Source: a virus
Taxonomy: Duplodnaviria > Caudoviricetes
Virus record (IMG/VR): IMGVR_UViG_3300002052_000213
Coordinates: 1,236-65,235 of that record
Strand: one strand, 5' to 3'
Length of the DNA: 64,000 nt
The position numbers and the translations under genes were made by a program. Positions within the stretch are counted from its first letter, which is position 1; the number at the start of each line of letters is the position of its first letter. Shown one piece after another: positions 21,003 to 30,723 of the stretch. The notes below the pieces were generated by a model. The model was not told where the DNA came from, ran no database searches, and saw nothing but the letters and a program-made list of their open reading frames with translations.

Positions 21003-22744
21003 TTCTCTTGATCCCTCTCAATGATTAGAGTAGCAGCTTTCTCTAGCATATCTCCTTCTTTCTTCTTGATTATGTTTAATAGTTCTTTCTTTGTCCATTT
21101 CTTAGGTTGTGGAGTAACTATCTTTGCTTCCTCTTCTTTACTTTCTTCTTTAACTTCCTCTTTCTTCTCTTCTTTTACTTCTTCTTTCTTTGGCTCTTCC
21201 TTTGCTTCCTTTTCCTTACTTTCCTCTTCTTCTGGTTTCTTTTCCTTACTTTCTGATACTTCTTCTTTCTTTTCCGTACTTTCCTTTGGTGTTTCTTTAG
21301 GTGTTTCCTTAACTTCCTCTTTAGGTGCTTCTTTAGGCTCTTCTTTAACTTCTTTCTTTGATTCCTCTGATAATTCCTCTTTTGATAGATTATATTTCTC
21401 ACAACTTATTAAATGATCTACAAATTCTCTTTCTGTATTAAAGATACCTTCACAATATTTACACTTCATATTTATTGACAATGTATTCTTTCTAACATCA
21501 CAATGAGGGAAATGTTTACTTATACTATCAAATAATTCATTACAATATGGACATCTTTTTCTTTTCATTTCTTCTTCACATTCACTACATTCTTCTGTCT
21601 TCTCTTTATATTCTTCCTCTTCTTCAGATTTCTCTGCTACTTTATGACCTGTAGCTTTCATACGTTTCTCTATTCTATTTCTCATCCAACTCCACTCTGC
21701 ATCTGAATATCCACCTTTACTCTTATTCTCTGGTTTACCAGAATAAGCCCATGCAGCTCTTAAATGTGCATCATCCATAGGATATTTAAAGTTACATGGA
21801 TCTGCAAACATACTTTCAGGTACATTAGCATATTCACTTGGTTTAGTTACATGCCCACCATGTTCTAGTTTAGGAGATACGGGATATTTAGCACATCTAG
21901 TTTTCATAGCATTTATTTCTCCTTCTGTTGCTTTATGTTCTTCTATATCTTCAGATAAAGTAGTTTTTCTTGGAACTATTCCTTCTTTCTTCTCTTTCTT
22001 TTCTAAGCTACATTCAGTAAGCCAGTGTTCTAAATAATCTTGAAAGATAGGAAATGATGCTTTACACTTAGGACATAAGAATGTCTTCAATTCTGTGTAG
22101 ATTACTTGAACTCTATGTTCACCAGTCAATAAATCACTCATTTCTTCACTCCTCTTTTCTTCCTTTTCTTCTTTTATACCATAATATTGAAGGGATAAAT
22201 CTTCAGTATGAAATACATTACAATTACTACATGCAGGAAATTGTGTTAAAGTGTTATTCATAGGTCTCAAATCTACTGCTTTAGTGTAATCACCTACTGA
22301 CACTTTACGTTCTTTAAGTCTCATAGAAGTAGCAGTAAATCTACCAGTTTTAATATCTTCTATTGCTTTTGGATTATCTATTATAGATGAATATAGTGCA
22401 GCTTTTATTGTTGGATTATATTCTACATAGTCATGAGTACCAACTACATCATCTTCATATTCATCTGTTCTCTCATGTTCTACTGTCATATTCATTCCTA
22501 GAATATAATCTTTAAAGTTATTCACCATTTTCTCTATTTCTTCACCTGAATAATAAATACCATTATGCATTCCTTCCGCAAGTAATATACCAGTTATTTT
22601 AAGTTTATCTTTAAGATCTTCTATTGAAATAGCAGATAAAGATTCAACTTCTAAATCCTGTATATGTGATTTTAATAATTCTCTCATAATTCTATTTTCT
22701 TCTAATATTTCAGTATATATACCTTGAGAATCTTCTACTTTCAT
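20996..22744 (-). CDS. Prohead protease/scaffold fusion with zinc fingers, DUF6582-like domain and K/E-rich tail
   Basis: GILLAEG...NGIYYS...VEH...VVG protease-like N-terminus; CxxC..H fingers; FADP..KYP..HLRAAWAY; upstream of capsid gene. Confidence 0.65.
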   Translation of the reverse strand: MKVEDSQGIYTEILEENRIMRELLKSHIQDLEVESLSAISIEDLKDKLKITGILLAEGMHNGIYYSGEEIEKMVNNFKDYILGMNMTVEHERTDEYEDDVVGTHDYVEYNPTIKAALYSSIIDNPKAIEDIKTGRFTATSMRLKERKVSVGDYTKAVDLRPMNNTLTQFPACSNCNVFHTEDLSLQYYGIKEEKEEKRSEEMSDLLTGEHRVQVIYTELKTFLCPKCKASFPIFQDYLEHWLTECSLEKKEKKEGIVPRKTTLSEDIEEHKATEGEINAMKTRCAKYPVSPKLEHGGHVTKPSEYANVPESMFADPCNFKYPMDDAHLRAAWAYSGKPENKSKGGYSDAEWSWMRNRIEKRMKATGHKVAEKSEEEEEYKEKTEECSECEEEMKRKRCPYCNELFDSISKHFPHCDVRKNTLSINMKCKYCEGIFNTEREFVDHLISCEKYNLSKEELSEESKKEVKEEPKEAPKEEVKETPKETPKESTEKKEEVSESKEKKPEEEESKEKEAKEEPKKEEVKEEKKEEVKEESKEEEAKIVTPQPKKWTKKELLNIIKKKEGDMLEKAATLIIERDQEKW

Positions 22745-22783
22745 AAGATTTATTCCCTCTTATTAAGATGTATCTTATTTGAT

Positions 22784-22794
22784 ATATAAATATT
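22784..22794 (-). promoter_or_regulatory. Putative late promoter AATATTTATAT
   Basis: Upstream of protease/scaffold gene, followed by TAAGAGGG RBS. Confidence 0.6.
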
Positions 22795-22798
22795 CCTT

Positions 22799-25027
22799 TT
22801 AATCTTCATCTAATATTAATTGCATAAACATCTTCCTAAAATCTTTTTCTCCTGTTAAACTTAAAGTTTCTACAGTTGGATATACATTTGTACTTAATAG
22901 AGATAATTCTGCAATATCTTCAAATATAGTATGACTTAAAATTGATAGACATTCACTTGTTTCTCTATATAATATTCCTCTTAATGATAATTCCAAAGTT
23001 AAATATTTCTGTACAGTTCCAATTATTTTTAATGTACTTTGTATAGGAGCAAACATATCTCCTTTTATTAGTAATTTTATTTCATATCTTTCAGTGTAGA
23101 TTGCTCTTCTACGAGGTACTCTCCTTCTTACTCTTCTTGGAGGAGCTACTGCTTCTTCTCCTTCTAAAATAGCATCTGTAACTATTGTTCTAGTTTTAAG
23201 TAAACTAACTAAGAATGAATCTGTTTCTATAATTCTAGTTCCTATTTTCTTTAAGACACCATCAGATTCTACTATTCTTTGAGATATTATTTTAAGTATA
23301 CTATCAGTTAGAATTTCTCTACTGTAAATGCCTTTTAATATACTGTCAGTGTATATTATTCTTTCTAATGTTCCTGTTAATATTGCATCAGATAATATTG
23401 TTCTCTGGAATATACCTTTAAGTATTGAATCTGTTAATACTGTTCTTTCTAATGTTTTATATAGTATGGAATCTGTTATTAGTTCTTTACTTAATGTACC
23501 CTTTAGAATGGCATCAGTGATTATAGTTACTCCTAATCCAACAATGTAAGCATCTGTTACGATTGTTCTCTTAGTTATAGTTTCCTCTAAATATGCATCT
23601 GTAACAAAATCTCTAATTTCAGTCTTTGATAGAACACTATCAGTTTCTATTTCTCTAGAAAATACACTTTTAAGAATAGTATCTGATTTAAGTGTTTTTT
23701 CTATTGTTGAAAGTAATATAGCATCTATTGATATATCTCTAGTTAAAGTTCCTATTAAAATACCATCAGTTAAAAGTGTTCTAGTTAATAACTCACTAAG
23801 GATTACATCTGTTAAAATACTTCTTTCTTTTATACTTTTAAGGACACTATCACTAAGAATTATTTTTACAAATCTGTTTATTATATATGCATCTGTCTTT
23901 ATTGCTCTAGTGTATATTCCTTTTAGTGTGGAGTCAGATAAAATAGTTCTTATAAATCTATTTACAAGATAACTATCAGTTTGAATTTCTCTTATTGAAG
24001 CTAATTGCAAAATAGAATCTGATAATATTTCTCTAGAAACCGTTTCTAGTAAATAAGCATCTGTATAAATTTCTCTTACAGGAACTGATACAAGATTAAC
24101 ATCTGTGAGAACATCTCTAGTGGAAGATAACTTTAATATAGAATCAGATAGAGTATCTCTTGTTAGTGTTTTAATTAAAATACTGTCAGTTACCATATCT
24201 CTGCTTGTTATTCCAGTAAGATTAGCATCTGTTAATAGTGTTCTTGTATATTGTCCTTTTAGAACTGCATCAGATAAGACATCTCTACTTAACGTACCTT
24301 TTAGTATAGCATTAGATTCTATTGTTCTAGATACTATTATTTTTAATATAGCATCAGATTCTATTTCTCTTTGTGTTGTTTGTTTTAATACACTATCTGA
24401 TAAAACTGTTCTAGTTAATCTATTTACTAAATAACTATCAGTTAAAACTTCTCTAATGGAAGATATTAATAATATACCATCAGTTAATACTTCTCTTTCT
24501 CCTTGTTGCATTAATATTGCATCAGTAAGAACTTCTCTTTCATATTGGACAGCACCTTCAGTATAATAAACTGTTACTTGACAATAATCTGCTCCCCAAT
24601 ATGCTCCAGATTTACCATCAGCAGTAGCTGTTATTCTTATTCTAAAATTAGTTGATTTTATATGTGCTCCTGTCCAAGTTCCATTCCAATTATCTTCAGC
24701 ACCACCAAGTATTTTATCTACACAATCAGCACAAGTAGAACCTGTACCTGGATCAGTAACTTCTTTTAATACCCATGTATCAGTCGAATCTTTAAGTTCT
24801 ACATCAATATCATCATCTGTATCTCCAGCTATACAATGTATTAATACTTCAATTCCATCTATAGTTGCTCCATCTGACATCACAGAGAAATTAAAACTAA
24901 ATTCACCAGATACTGCATTCTTATTACCAGATGTACAACTTCCACTATGAGAACCTATAAAGTTAGATTCATTACTCCAATTACCTGCAGCTTGAAGAGT
25001 AGTAGCATTTCTAGTTTCACTTGCCAT
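22799..25027 (-). CDS. Repeat-rich putative virion fibre protein
   Basis: Globular N-domain, 33 14-aa repeats, Arg-rich linker, C-terminal domain. Confidence 0.55.
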   Translation of the reverse strand: MASETRNATTLQAAGNWSNESNFIGSHSGSCTSGNKNAVSGEFSFNFSVMSDGATIDGIEVLIHCIAGDTDDDIDVELKDSTDTWVLKEVTDPGTGSTCADCVDKILGGAEDNWNGTWTGAHIKSTNFRIRITATADGKSGAYWGADYCQVTVYYTEGAVQYEREVLTDAILMQQGEREVLTDGILLISSIREVLTDSYLVNRLTRTVLSDSVLKQTTQREIESDAILKIIVSRTIESNAILKGTLSRDVLSDAVLKGQYTRTLLTDANLTGITSRDMVTDSILIKTLTRDTLSDSILKLSSTRDVLTDVNLVSVPVREIYTDAYLLETVSREILSDSILQLASIREIQTDSYLVNRFIRTILSDSTLKGIYTRAIKTDAYIINRFVKIILSDSVLKSIKERSILTDVILSELLTRTLLTDGILIGTLTRDISIDAILLSTIEKTLKSDTILKSVFSREIETDSVLSKTEIRDFVTDAYLEETITKRTIVTDAYIVGLGVTIITDAILKGTLSKELITDSILYKTLERTVLTDSILKGIFQRTILSDAILTGTLERIIYTDSILKGIYSREILTDSILKIISQRIVESDGVLKKIGTRIIETDSFLVSLLKTRTIVTDAILEGEEAVAPPRRVRRRVPRRRAIYTERYEIKLLIKGDMFAPIQSTLKIIGTVQKYLTLELSLRGILYRETSECLSILSHTIFEDIAELSLLSTNVYPTVETLSLTGEKDFRKMFMQLILDED
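23165..24545 (-). repeat. 33 tandem 14-aa (42-nt) repeats
   Basis: Consensus R(T/E)(I/V)x(T/S)D(A/S)(I/Y)Lxxxxx. Confidence 0.9.
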
Positions 25028-25319
25028 TATCCCTCACCATCTTATAACCACATTTCTGTGGAAGATTATAGTTTGGAGGTAGATGTGCAATATCATCTGG
25101 ATTTGGGAATGGTAAACACTCTTCTATATAATATTTCCTTTCTATTTCTGAAGCATTATTAGCTTCTCCTATCTTAAACTTACACTCATATTCAGTATCG
25201 GATATTTTAATTAAAAATTTACATACTCCATGTTCGTTTAACATAAAAGAGGAATTCATTAATGGTGTTCTACAACATTCTCCACATTTGTTACAATATC
25301 CTTCTCGTTTCCAAGACAT
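25017..25319 (-). CDS. CxxCxxCC cysteine-cluster (YkgJ-like) protein
   Basis: CNKCGECC...CKFL...C..C.PFP...CGY. Confidence 0.7.
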   Translation of the reverse strand: MSWKREGYCNKCGECCRTPLMNSSFMLNEHGVCKFLIKISDTEYECKFKIGEANNASEIERKYYIEECLPFPNPDDIAHLPPNYNLPQKCGYKMVRDNGK

Positions 25320-25696
25320 TATAACATCTCCTCTGGTATGAATTTTATAGGTCTAAACCAACGATGATTCTTATAGAATCTATCAACTACTTCTATATGC
25401 CCATCTTCAAATAAAAATAATATATTTTGAAAATTAACTCCTTCTTTAGTTTCTTGCCATCCTACAATATAGACAACTTCTTTAATTCCACTACCTACTC
25501 TTAATGCTATTCTTTTTCTATATATCAATCTCTTATTTTGATCTAAATGCAGAACTATAACTGGAATAGTGTTATTATATAAAATAAAAGTAGTTAATTT
25601 ACTACGATCTATTAGAGAATATTTATTCTCAGAATCATCTTCATTGTATTGACTTAGATAAGTTCCATCATTATATATTGCTTTCCAATGGAACAT
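25319..25696 (-). CDS. Hypothetical protein
   Basis: Coupled ORF with AGGAGG RBS. Confidence 0.6.
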   Translation of the reverse strand: MFHWKAIYNDGTYLSQYNEDDSENKYSLIDRSKLTTFILYNNTIPVIVLHLDQNKRLIYRKRIALRVGSGIKEVVYIVGWQETKEGVNFQNILFLFEDGHIEVVDRFYKNHRWFRPIKFIPEEML

Positions 25697-25716
25697 TGTA
25701 TTGTTCCTCCTTTAGG

Positions 25717-26301
25717 TTACACTTCGTCATACTGGAATGTCAGTGTTTCTGCTGTTAAAGCTCCTGGTACAGCACTAGGTCTTACTTCCAATTGAAGTAC
25801 TACATAATCAGATGTTTCACCTATAGAATCTATACTGTTACCAGTTTCAGATATACTAACAGTAAATGGTGATCCAGATGTGTATGTTTCTCCATCTGTT
25901 CTAGCAGTTATGTCAGGATGATTAGCTACCATTTCATTTCCAGTATCTCCTGGAGTACCAGTAGCTACTGCATATCCAGCATCTGAACCAGAATTCTTAG
26001 TTGGAGTTTCATCTCCTACCCAAAGAGTACAATCAGTCCATCCAATTCCACCATCTGTATAAAACACTATATTGTCTACTTTAGTACTAGGTGCTATTGT
26101 ACAGAATAAATATATAGATTTCCAATAACCATATTTGGAACCTGCAGTAGGTATAGGTATTGGATTCTCTAAATCAATTGTGTTAAAATCATCTGTTCTA
26201 TGTCTTAGAGTTCCATCTCTCGTTACATGAATATTCTCTTCAGTACCTGGGGTATCATTAGATCCACCTATATCACAAAATACATCAAACGATGCTACCA
26301 T
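25717..26301 (-). CDS. Putative virion structural protein
   Basis: Acidic, T/G-rich beta protein ending TLTFQYDEV; AGGAGG RBS. Confidence 0.5.
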   Translation of the reverse strand: MVASFDVFCDIGGSNDTPGTEENIHVTRDGTLRHRTDDFNTIDLENPIPIPTAGSKYGYWKSIYLFCTIAPSTKVDNIVFYTDGGIGWTDCTLWVGDETPTKNSGSDAGYAVATGTPGDTGNEMVANHPDITARTDGETYTSGSPFTVSISETGNSIDSIGETSDYVVLQLEVRPSAVPGALTAETLTFQYDEV

Positions 26302-26352
26302 ATTATTTTCCTCCTTTTATTTTATTAATCTCCTATATTATAAAGATTACTC

Positions 26353-26694
26353 TTATGCGTAATATACTATTAACATCTTTATTCTTAATTCAACATTTAA
26401 AGATTTCTCAAATTTGAGTGAAGGACTCCATTTAATTTCCATTTGTTCAGTTTCATAAGGTTGTATTACTTTAGGAGCTGAAAGAATTTTTAATCCATCA
26501 ATTTTAGGTAACGTATATTCCATATCTTCTAATACACCAGAATTATCATTGTAAATATATAATGTCATTGTCTTCTCTGTTCCAGCTTCTACTCTACCAA
26601 AATGTAAAGTAAACTTTTCATCCTCAGAAGGAATTACTTCTTCTTTCTTTTCTTTATCTAAATAGAATTTCATTTTTCTTGTGTCTCCAACCAA
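26353..26694 (-). CDS. Ig-like beta-sandwich protein
   Basis: LHFGRVEAG...LYIYN...IQPYET..IKWSP pattern. Confidence 0.5.
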   Translation of the reverse strand: MVGDTRKMKFYLDKEKKEEVIPSEDEKFTLHFGRVEAGTEKTMTLYIYNDNSGVLEDMEYTLPKIDGLKILSAPKVIQPYETEQMEIKWSPSLKFEKSLNVELRIKMLIVYYA

Positions 26695-27398
26695 CTCTTA
26701 ATTAATTTAAGTTTGCTTTCCTTTAATTCTCTATCTAAGTCTTCATCTTTACCTTTTATTTCCTTTTCTATAGCTTTTCTTTCCTTCATTTTTTCTTCCA
26801 CATATAATTGTAATATAGATTCTCCTACAATATCCTTTATAGTTAAATCTTTCTTTTTTGGTTTCTTGATTTCTGGTATTTCTATAAACTTTTCTTCATC
26901 TGGTTTATATTTTTTAAAATACCATTTAGCATCAGATCCTCTAGCAAATAGATAATCTCCTTTTATTTTATTTCCATTAAATCTAAATATTTTCAAAGTT
27001 GGATTATTTTCTATAAGACTTACTTCACCATAATCTATAACATCAATTGTAGAAGACATATCTCCTACTTTACGTTTTAAATTATTTCCTTCTTTAATAA
27101 ACCATTTCTCAGGTTCATAAGATAATTTTGGTAACACTAAAGAACTATCATTTTCTAATATATCACTCCATAAATTAAACTCTAGTAACTGATCTGGTGC
27201 TATTCTTATCCTCAAATCCCAATGAGGTTGTTTTTCTTCTAGAGTATGCTTATGATATACAAATTCTAATTTATCTAATTCTTCAGAAGATAATTTATTA
27301 ATATAATCAGGTATATCATTCTCTAATTTCTTAGAAGTGTCAATCATGTCTTCAGTTATCTTCATAATCTTCTCCTCTATTACTAGATTGTCCTTCAT
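26670..27398 (-). CDS. LigD 3'-phosphoesterase-like protein
   Basis: HKH...HWDLRI motif and VIDYGEV...FRFNGNKIKGDY. Confidence 0.7.
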   Translation of the reverse strand: MKDNLVIEEKIMKITEDMIDTSKKLENDIPDYINKLSSEELDKLEFVYHKHTLEEKQPHWDLRIRIAPDQLLEFNLWSDILENDSSLVLPKLSYEPEKWFIKEGNNLKRKVGDMSSTIDVIDYGEVSLIENNPTLKIFRFNGNKIKGDYLFARGSDAKWYFKKYKPDEEKFIEIPEIKKPKKKDLTIKDIVGESILQLYVEEKMKERKAIEKEIKGKDEDLDRELKESKLKLIKSWLETQEK

Positions 27399-28980
27399 AA
27401 TAATAACCTTTTAGGTAATGACATTTAAATATATTTGCTAAATCACATGATATTGGAAATTCTATATTTTCTTTACTTAAATTACACCAAGATTCTCTAT
27501 AATATGGACATGTTTCTAACTGTAGAGATTCTATAAATTTAATATTTGTTAATTTACTCCATTCTTCAGTTTTATTATTAGCAATTTTAATAGGATATTT
27601 ACTATCTGCTACTTTAGCTATCATATTTTTTGATATTTTATATAACTCAGTAACATTAGATGTTAATAGATTAGGAGATTCACAAGCACAGGAACTACGT
27701 ACATAATGTAAGAATCTAGAATTTTCAGGTATTACATCAGGTATTTTATTCCATCTCTCATAATAACCTTTATTGTTTAAAGATTCTCCATCTAAATATA
27801 AGATATCATGTACATGAAATACCATACAATTTTCTTGTTCTGGAGATATCTTTTCTAAGATATCTTTATGAAGTTCTTCACAAATAGATGATTTCATTTT
27901 TGCTGACTTTACTATTTTTTTATTACAGTTATATAATACCATTTCAGAATCTAATATAAAATTATGATCTATACCCATCAATTCATTAATTACATTAGGT
28001 ATTAAAGAAGAAATATCTCTTTCATCTTCACAGAATATTCCTATTTTATCTCCTTCTTTATGAATAGTAAATCTTTTGCCTTTATAATCATTTTGTATTA
28101 TTATTCCTCTATCCAAATATTTACTAGCCCATACTTTATAGAAAGTGTTATAATTTGAAAATTCATTCTTATTACCAGTTTTAGTTTTTAGTACATCAAA
28201 TTTCATAAATGGTTTAATCTCAAAAATTTTAGGCTCTTCTATACTTTGTTCCTGTTTAGAAGTTTTAAATAATCCATGTTGAAACAAAGGAATATTATCT
28301 CCTTTATATATTCCATTAGGATCAAATATTACATTTATCATGTTAGATAACCAAGAAGGTTCTATACTTTTTATAGCATATATGACTCTAGGATCTACTT
28401 CTCTTTTAAATATTAAATCTATTCCTCTAATTTTAGATGTTTTTCCTTTGTTTACTATATCTCCACTTATATATGCTTCCCAAGGTTCTCCTTTAATTGC
28501 TACTGAAGAAGGAAAAGATTTCAGTACTTCTTCTAGAGTTACATATTCTCCTAATGGTTCTTCGATATAAGAATCTACTTCATCAATGTCAAAATGTGGA
28601 TATCCTCTATTTTCTAATTCTTCTTTAACTTTTATGTGTATATCATACATTTTATTAGCATGAGAGTATGCATGTAATATAATTAATTCGTCTAGAGTTG
28701 CTTCTTCAGTATTTTTCTTAGTTCCAAATACTTTAGGAATTATAGCTTCTATAGCTATTGAATCCATTAATTCTTGTAACATATGATGACTAATAGGTTT
28801 AGTTTCGTCTATTCCTCTTTTTCTAATAGTAGCATAAAATACACTCCATCCACCTTGACATCCTCTAATAGAAGTTCCATCTGTAAATTTTCTAGTTACT
28901 TTCTTAGGATTTCTTGCACAATATTTCGGATTATTTACCATACTTCTAGCCATATTTTTGAATGAAGCATGTATTGGCAT
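27352..28980 (-). CDS. Multidomain protein with degenerate ATP-dependent DNA ligase adenylation domain
   Basis: Ligase motifs ILDSE, HVHDILYLDG, MIAK..SKY, WSKL recognisable, but motif I reads QNDYKGKR instead of KxDGxR. Confidence 0.65.
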   Translation of the reverse strand: MPIHASFKNMARSMVNNPKYCARNPKKVTRKFTDGTSIRGCQGGWSVFYATIRKRGIDETKPISHHMLQELMDSIAIEAIIPKVFGTKKNTEEATLDELIILHAYSHANKMYDIHIKVKEELENRGYPHFDIDEVDSYIEEPLGEYVTLEEVLKSFPSSVAIKGEPWEAYISGDIVNKGKTSKIRGIDLIFKREVDPRVIYAIKSIEPSWLSNMINVIFDPNGIYKGDNIPLFQHGLFKTSKQEQSIEEPKIFEIKPFMKFDVLKTKTGNKNEFSNYNTFYKVWASKYLDRGIIIQNDYKGKRFTIHKEGDKIGIFCEDERDISSLIPNVINELMGIDHNFILDSEMVLYNCNKKIVKSAKMKSSICEELHKDILEKISPEQENCMVFHVHDILYLDGESLNNKGYYERWNKIPDVIPENSRFLHYVRSSCACESPNLLTSNVTELYKISKNMIAKVADSKYPIKIANNKTEEWSKLTNIKFIESLQLETCPYYRESWCNLSKENIEFPISCDLANIFKCHYLKGYYYEGQSSNRGEDYEDN

Positions 28981-29310
28981 TTATCCTACTTCCTCTATGA
29001 TGTCTACCCAAAATGGAGTCCAAGTAGTTATTGCTCCAGGTTCAATTACTTCTATATCACCTATATACTTTCCTACTTTATCAGTATCTCCATCCTCTAA
29101 GGTATATCTAATAGTTCCAGAAGTAGAATAAATATTACATGTATTATCAATAGTTAAAGTACTTTCACCATACTTCTTAAGGTGAATAGTTACTGTAGTA
29201 GCATTTGTTAAATCGTATAATGTTTCACTATCACTCTCATATAGAACAAATTCTAAATATTGACCATAATCTCCCTGTACTATAGTAGCTTCAGTAATCA
29301 TTTCTACCAT
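28981..29310 (-). CDS. BppU-like Ig-fold virion protein
   Basis: VQGD...YDLTNAT...GTIRYTL..GDTDKVGKY.GDIEV. Confidence 0.65.
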   Translation of the reverse strand: MVEMITEATIVQGDYGQYLEFVLYESDSETLYDLTNATTVTIHLKKYGESTLTIDNTCNIYSTSGTIRYTLEDGDTDKVGKYIGDIEVIEPGAITTWTPFWVDIIEEVG

Positions 29311-29312
29311 TA

Positions 29313-29969
29313 TTATACCTTCTTTTTAATATATTTATCTAGAAGTATTTTAGTATTATGTAAGTTAACTTTGAGTTTGTCATTTCCTAATGGTATATTT
29401 AGAGTTTTTTTAACATTACTATTATAATACGTTATATTCTCAATTTTAAGCATATAATTAGGATTTCCCATATTTCCTATATATGTTTCACTAGTAGTCC
29501 AACCACTTATATAATTTCTCTTAAGGAAATATGTTATTGTCCAAGTTTTTTTAGCTAATCCGAAATAATTTAATTCTTCTGTGATAAATGCATATCCTTC
29601 AAAATGTCTTCTCCAAGAATAATATTCACCAAATTTAGTATAAAGTCTTACTCCTAGATAAGCCCTTTTAGGAAATTCAAATGGACCTATTGTACATGTA
29701 TTTTGTAAATTCTCCTCTCCTACAGTGCTTTTGTAAACAACTGCAACTGGTTCTCCATCAGTAATTTCTGTTTCAGTAATAGCATCAATATCGTAAATAA
29801 ATACTCTTATTCCTAGATAAACTGTTAAATAACCATACTGTGTATGTGCACTATATAATTGATCATGATTACTTATATCTAGAAGATATTTACCCCAAGT
29901 AGAAAAATCATGTAATTCACCTGTAAAGTATCTAGTTTCAGAATTAGTTTCTTCTACCATTTTGATCAC
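29313..29969 (-). CDS. Hypothetical, putative structural protein
   Basis: Beta/aromatic-rich co-oriented ORF. Confidence 0.45.
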   Translation of the reverse strand: MIKMVEETNSETRYFTGELHDFSTWGKYLLDISNHDQLYSAHTQYGYLTVYLGIRVFIYDIDAITETEITDGEPVAVVYKSTVGEENLQNTCTIGPFEFPKRAYLGVRLYTKFGEYYSWRRHFEGYAFITEELNYFGLAKKTWTITYFLKRNYISGWTTSETYIGNMGNPNYMLKIENITYYNSNVKKTLNIPLGNDKLKVNLHNTKILLDKYIKKKV

Positions 29970-29990
29970 TTATATTTAAGTTTAAGTTAT

Positions 29991-30686
29991 TTATATACTT
30001 TTTAACTTTAATATATTTTTTATAAATGGAGGAAGACGTATTCCAGAACCAATTCTTATATAATCAATATGTTCTTCGGAATATGAATCAGTATATATTA
30101 CTATTTTACCATCATTAGAAGTTAATGGAAGTAGTAAATTATAGCTCCATATCTTTACTCCATTTCTATATATAGTAGTAACATCATTGTCACTATCTAT
30201 TATAAAAGACCAAATATAGAATTTTGTTGTATCTGTATTGATGTAAAAATTAATAAAACTTCCTCCAGAAATTATAACAGATATACGATCAGAATATATT
30301 CTAATCGAAATAGTATGTACGCCATTATTGAATATGAAAGCTATATGTTTTGATATATTAATAATGTCGCATTTGAACTTACTTTCTACGGTATAAAGAT
30401 TTGGTAATCCACCAGTAATAACTTTTTCTCTTGCAACATAGTCTCCATCTGTATATTGATGTAGTTGACCTACTGGATCTATTTCTGATATTCCACTCCC
30501 TTCTGGAAAAGATGATTTAATCCAATTTCCTAATGAATTCCAATTCTCATTAAGTAAATCCCAATTCTTGTCTACATTCTTAAATGTTGTTTTACTCTTT
30601 AATTGATTTTCTTTAAGTTTTAATTTTAATTGATTTTCATTAAGTTTTAATTTTAAGATATCAGTAACATTACTCATTTTAATCAC
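29991..30686 (-). CDS. Lectin/concanavalin-like domain protein
   Basis: YTVESKFK...TTIYRNG...HIDYIRI; N-terminal 9-aa duplication LKLKLxENQ. Confidence 0.5.
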   Translation of the reverse strand: MIKMSNVTDILKLKLNENQLKLKLKENQLKSKTTFKNVDKNWDLLNENWNSLGNWIKSSFPEGSGISEIDPVGQLHQYTDGDYVAREKVITGGLPNLYTVESKFKCDIINISKHIAFIFNNGVHTISIRIYSDRISVIISGGSFINFYINTDTTKFYIWSFIIDSDNDVTTIYRNGVKIWSYNLLLPLTSNDGKIVIYTDSYSEEHIDYIRIGSGIRLPPFIKNILKLKSI

Positions 30687-30723
30687 TAATATCTACCTAA
30701 AATATATTTAATATTCTTTTCTA

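Noticed and set aside
21021-21416. K/R-rich (21175-21402 -) and S/F-rich (21021-21416 +) overlapping ORFs
   Set aside because: Shadow frames of the low-complexity K/E tail of the scaffold gene
11468-24545. Repeat arrays as CRISPR or diversity-generating retroelement
   Set aside because: Repeats are degenerate, in-frame and protein-level; no identical repeats with spacers, no cas genes or reverse transcriptase
26670-28980. Functional NHEJ system
   Set aside because: No Ku or primase-polymerase domain; the ligase lacks the canonical catalytic Lys motif and the OB domain
30601-30657. 27-nt direct repeat
   Set aside because: Only two copies, encoding LKLKLxENQ; a simple local duplication
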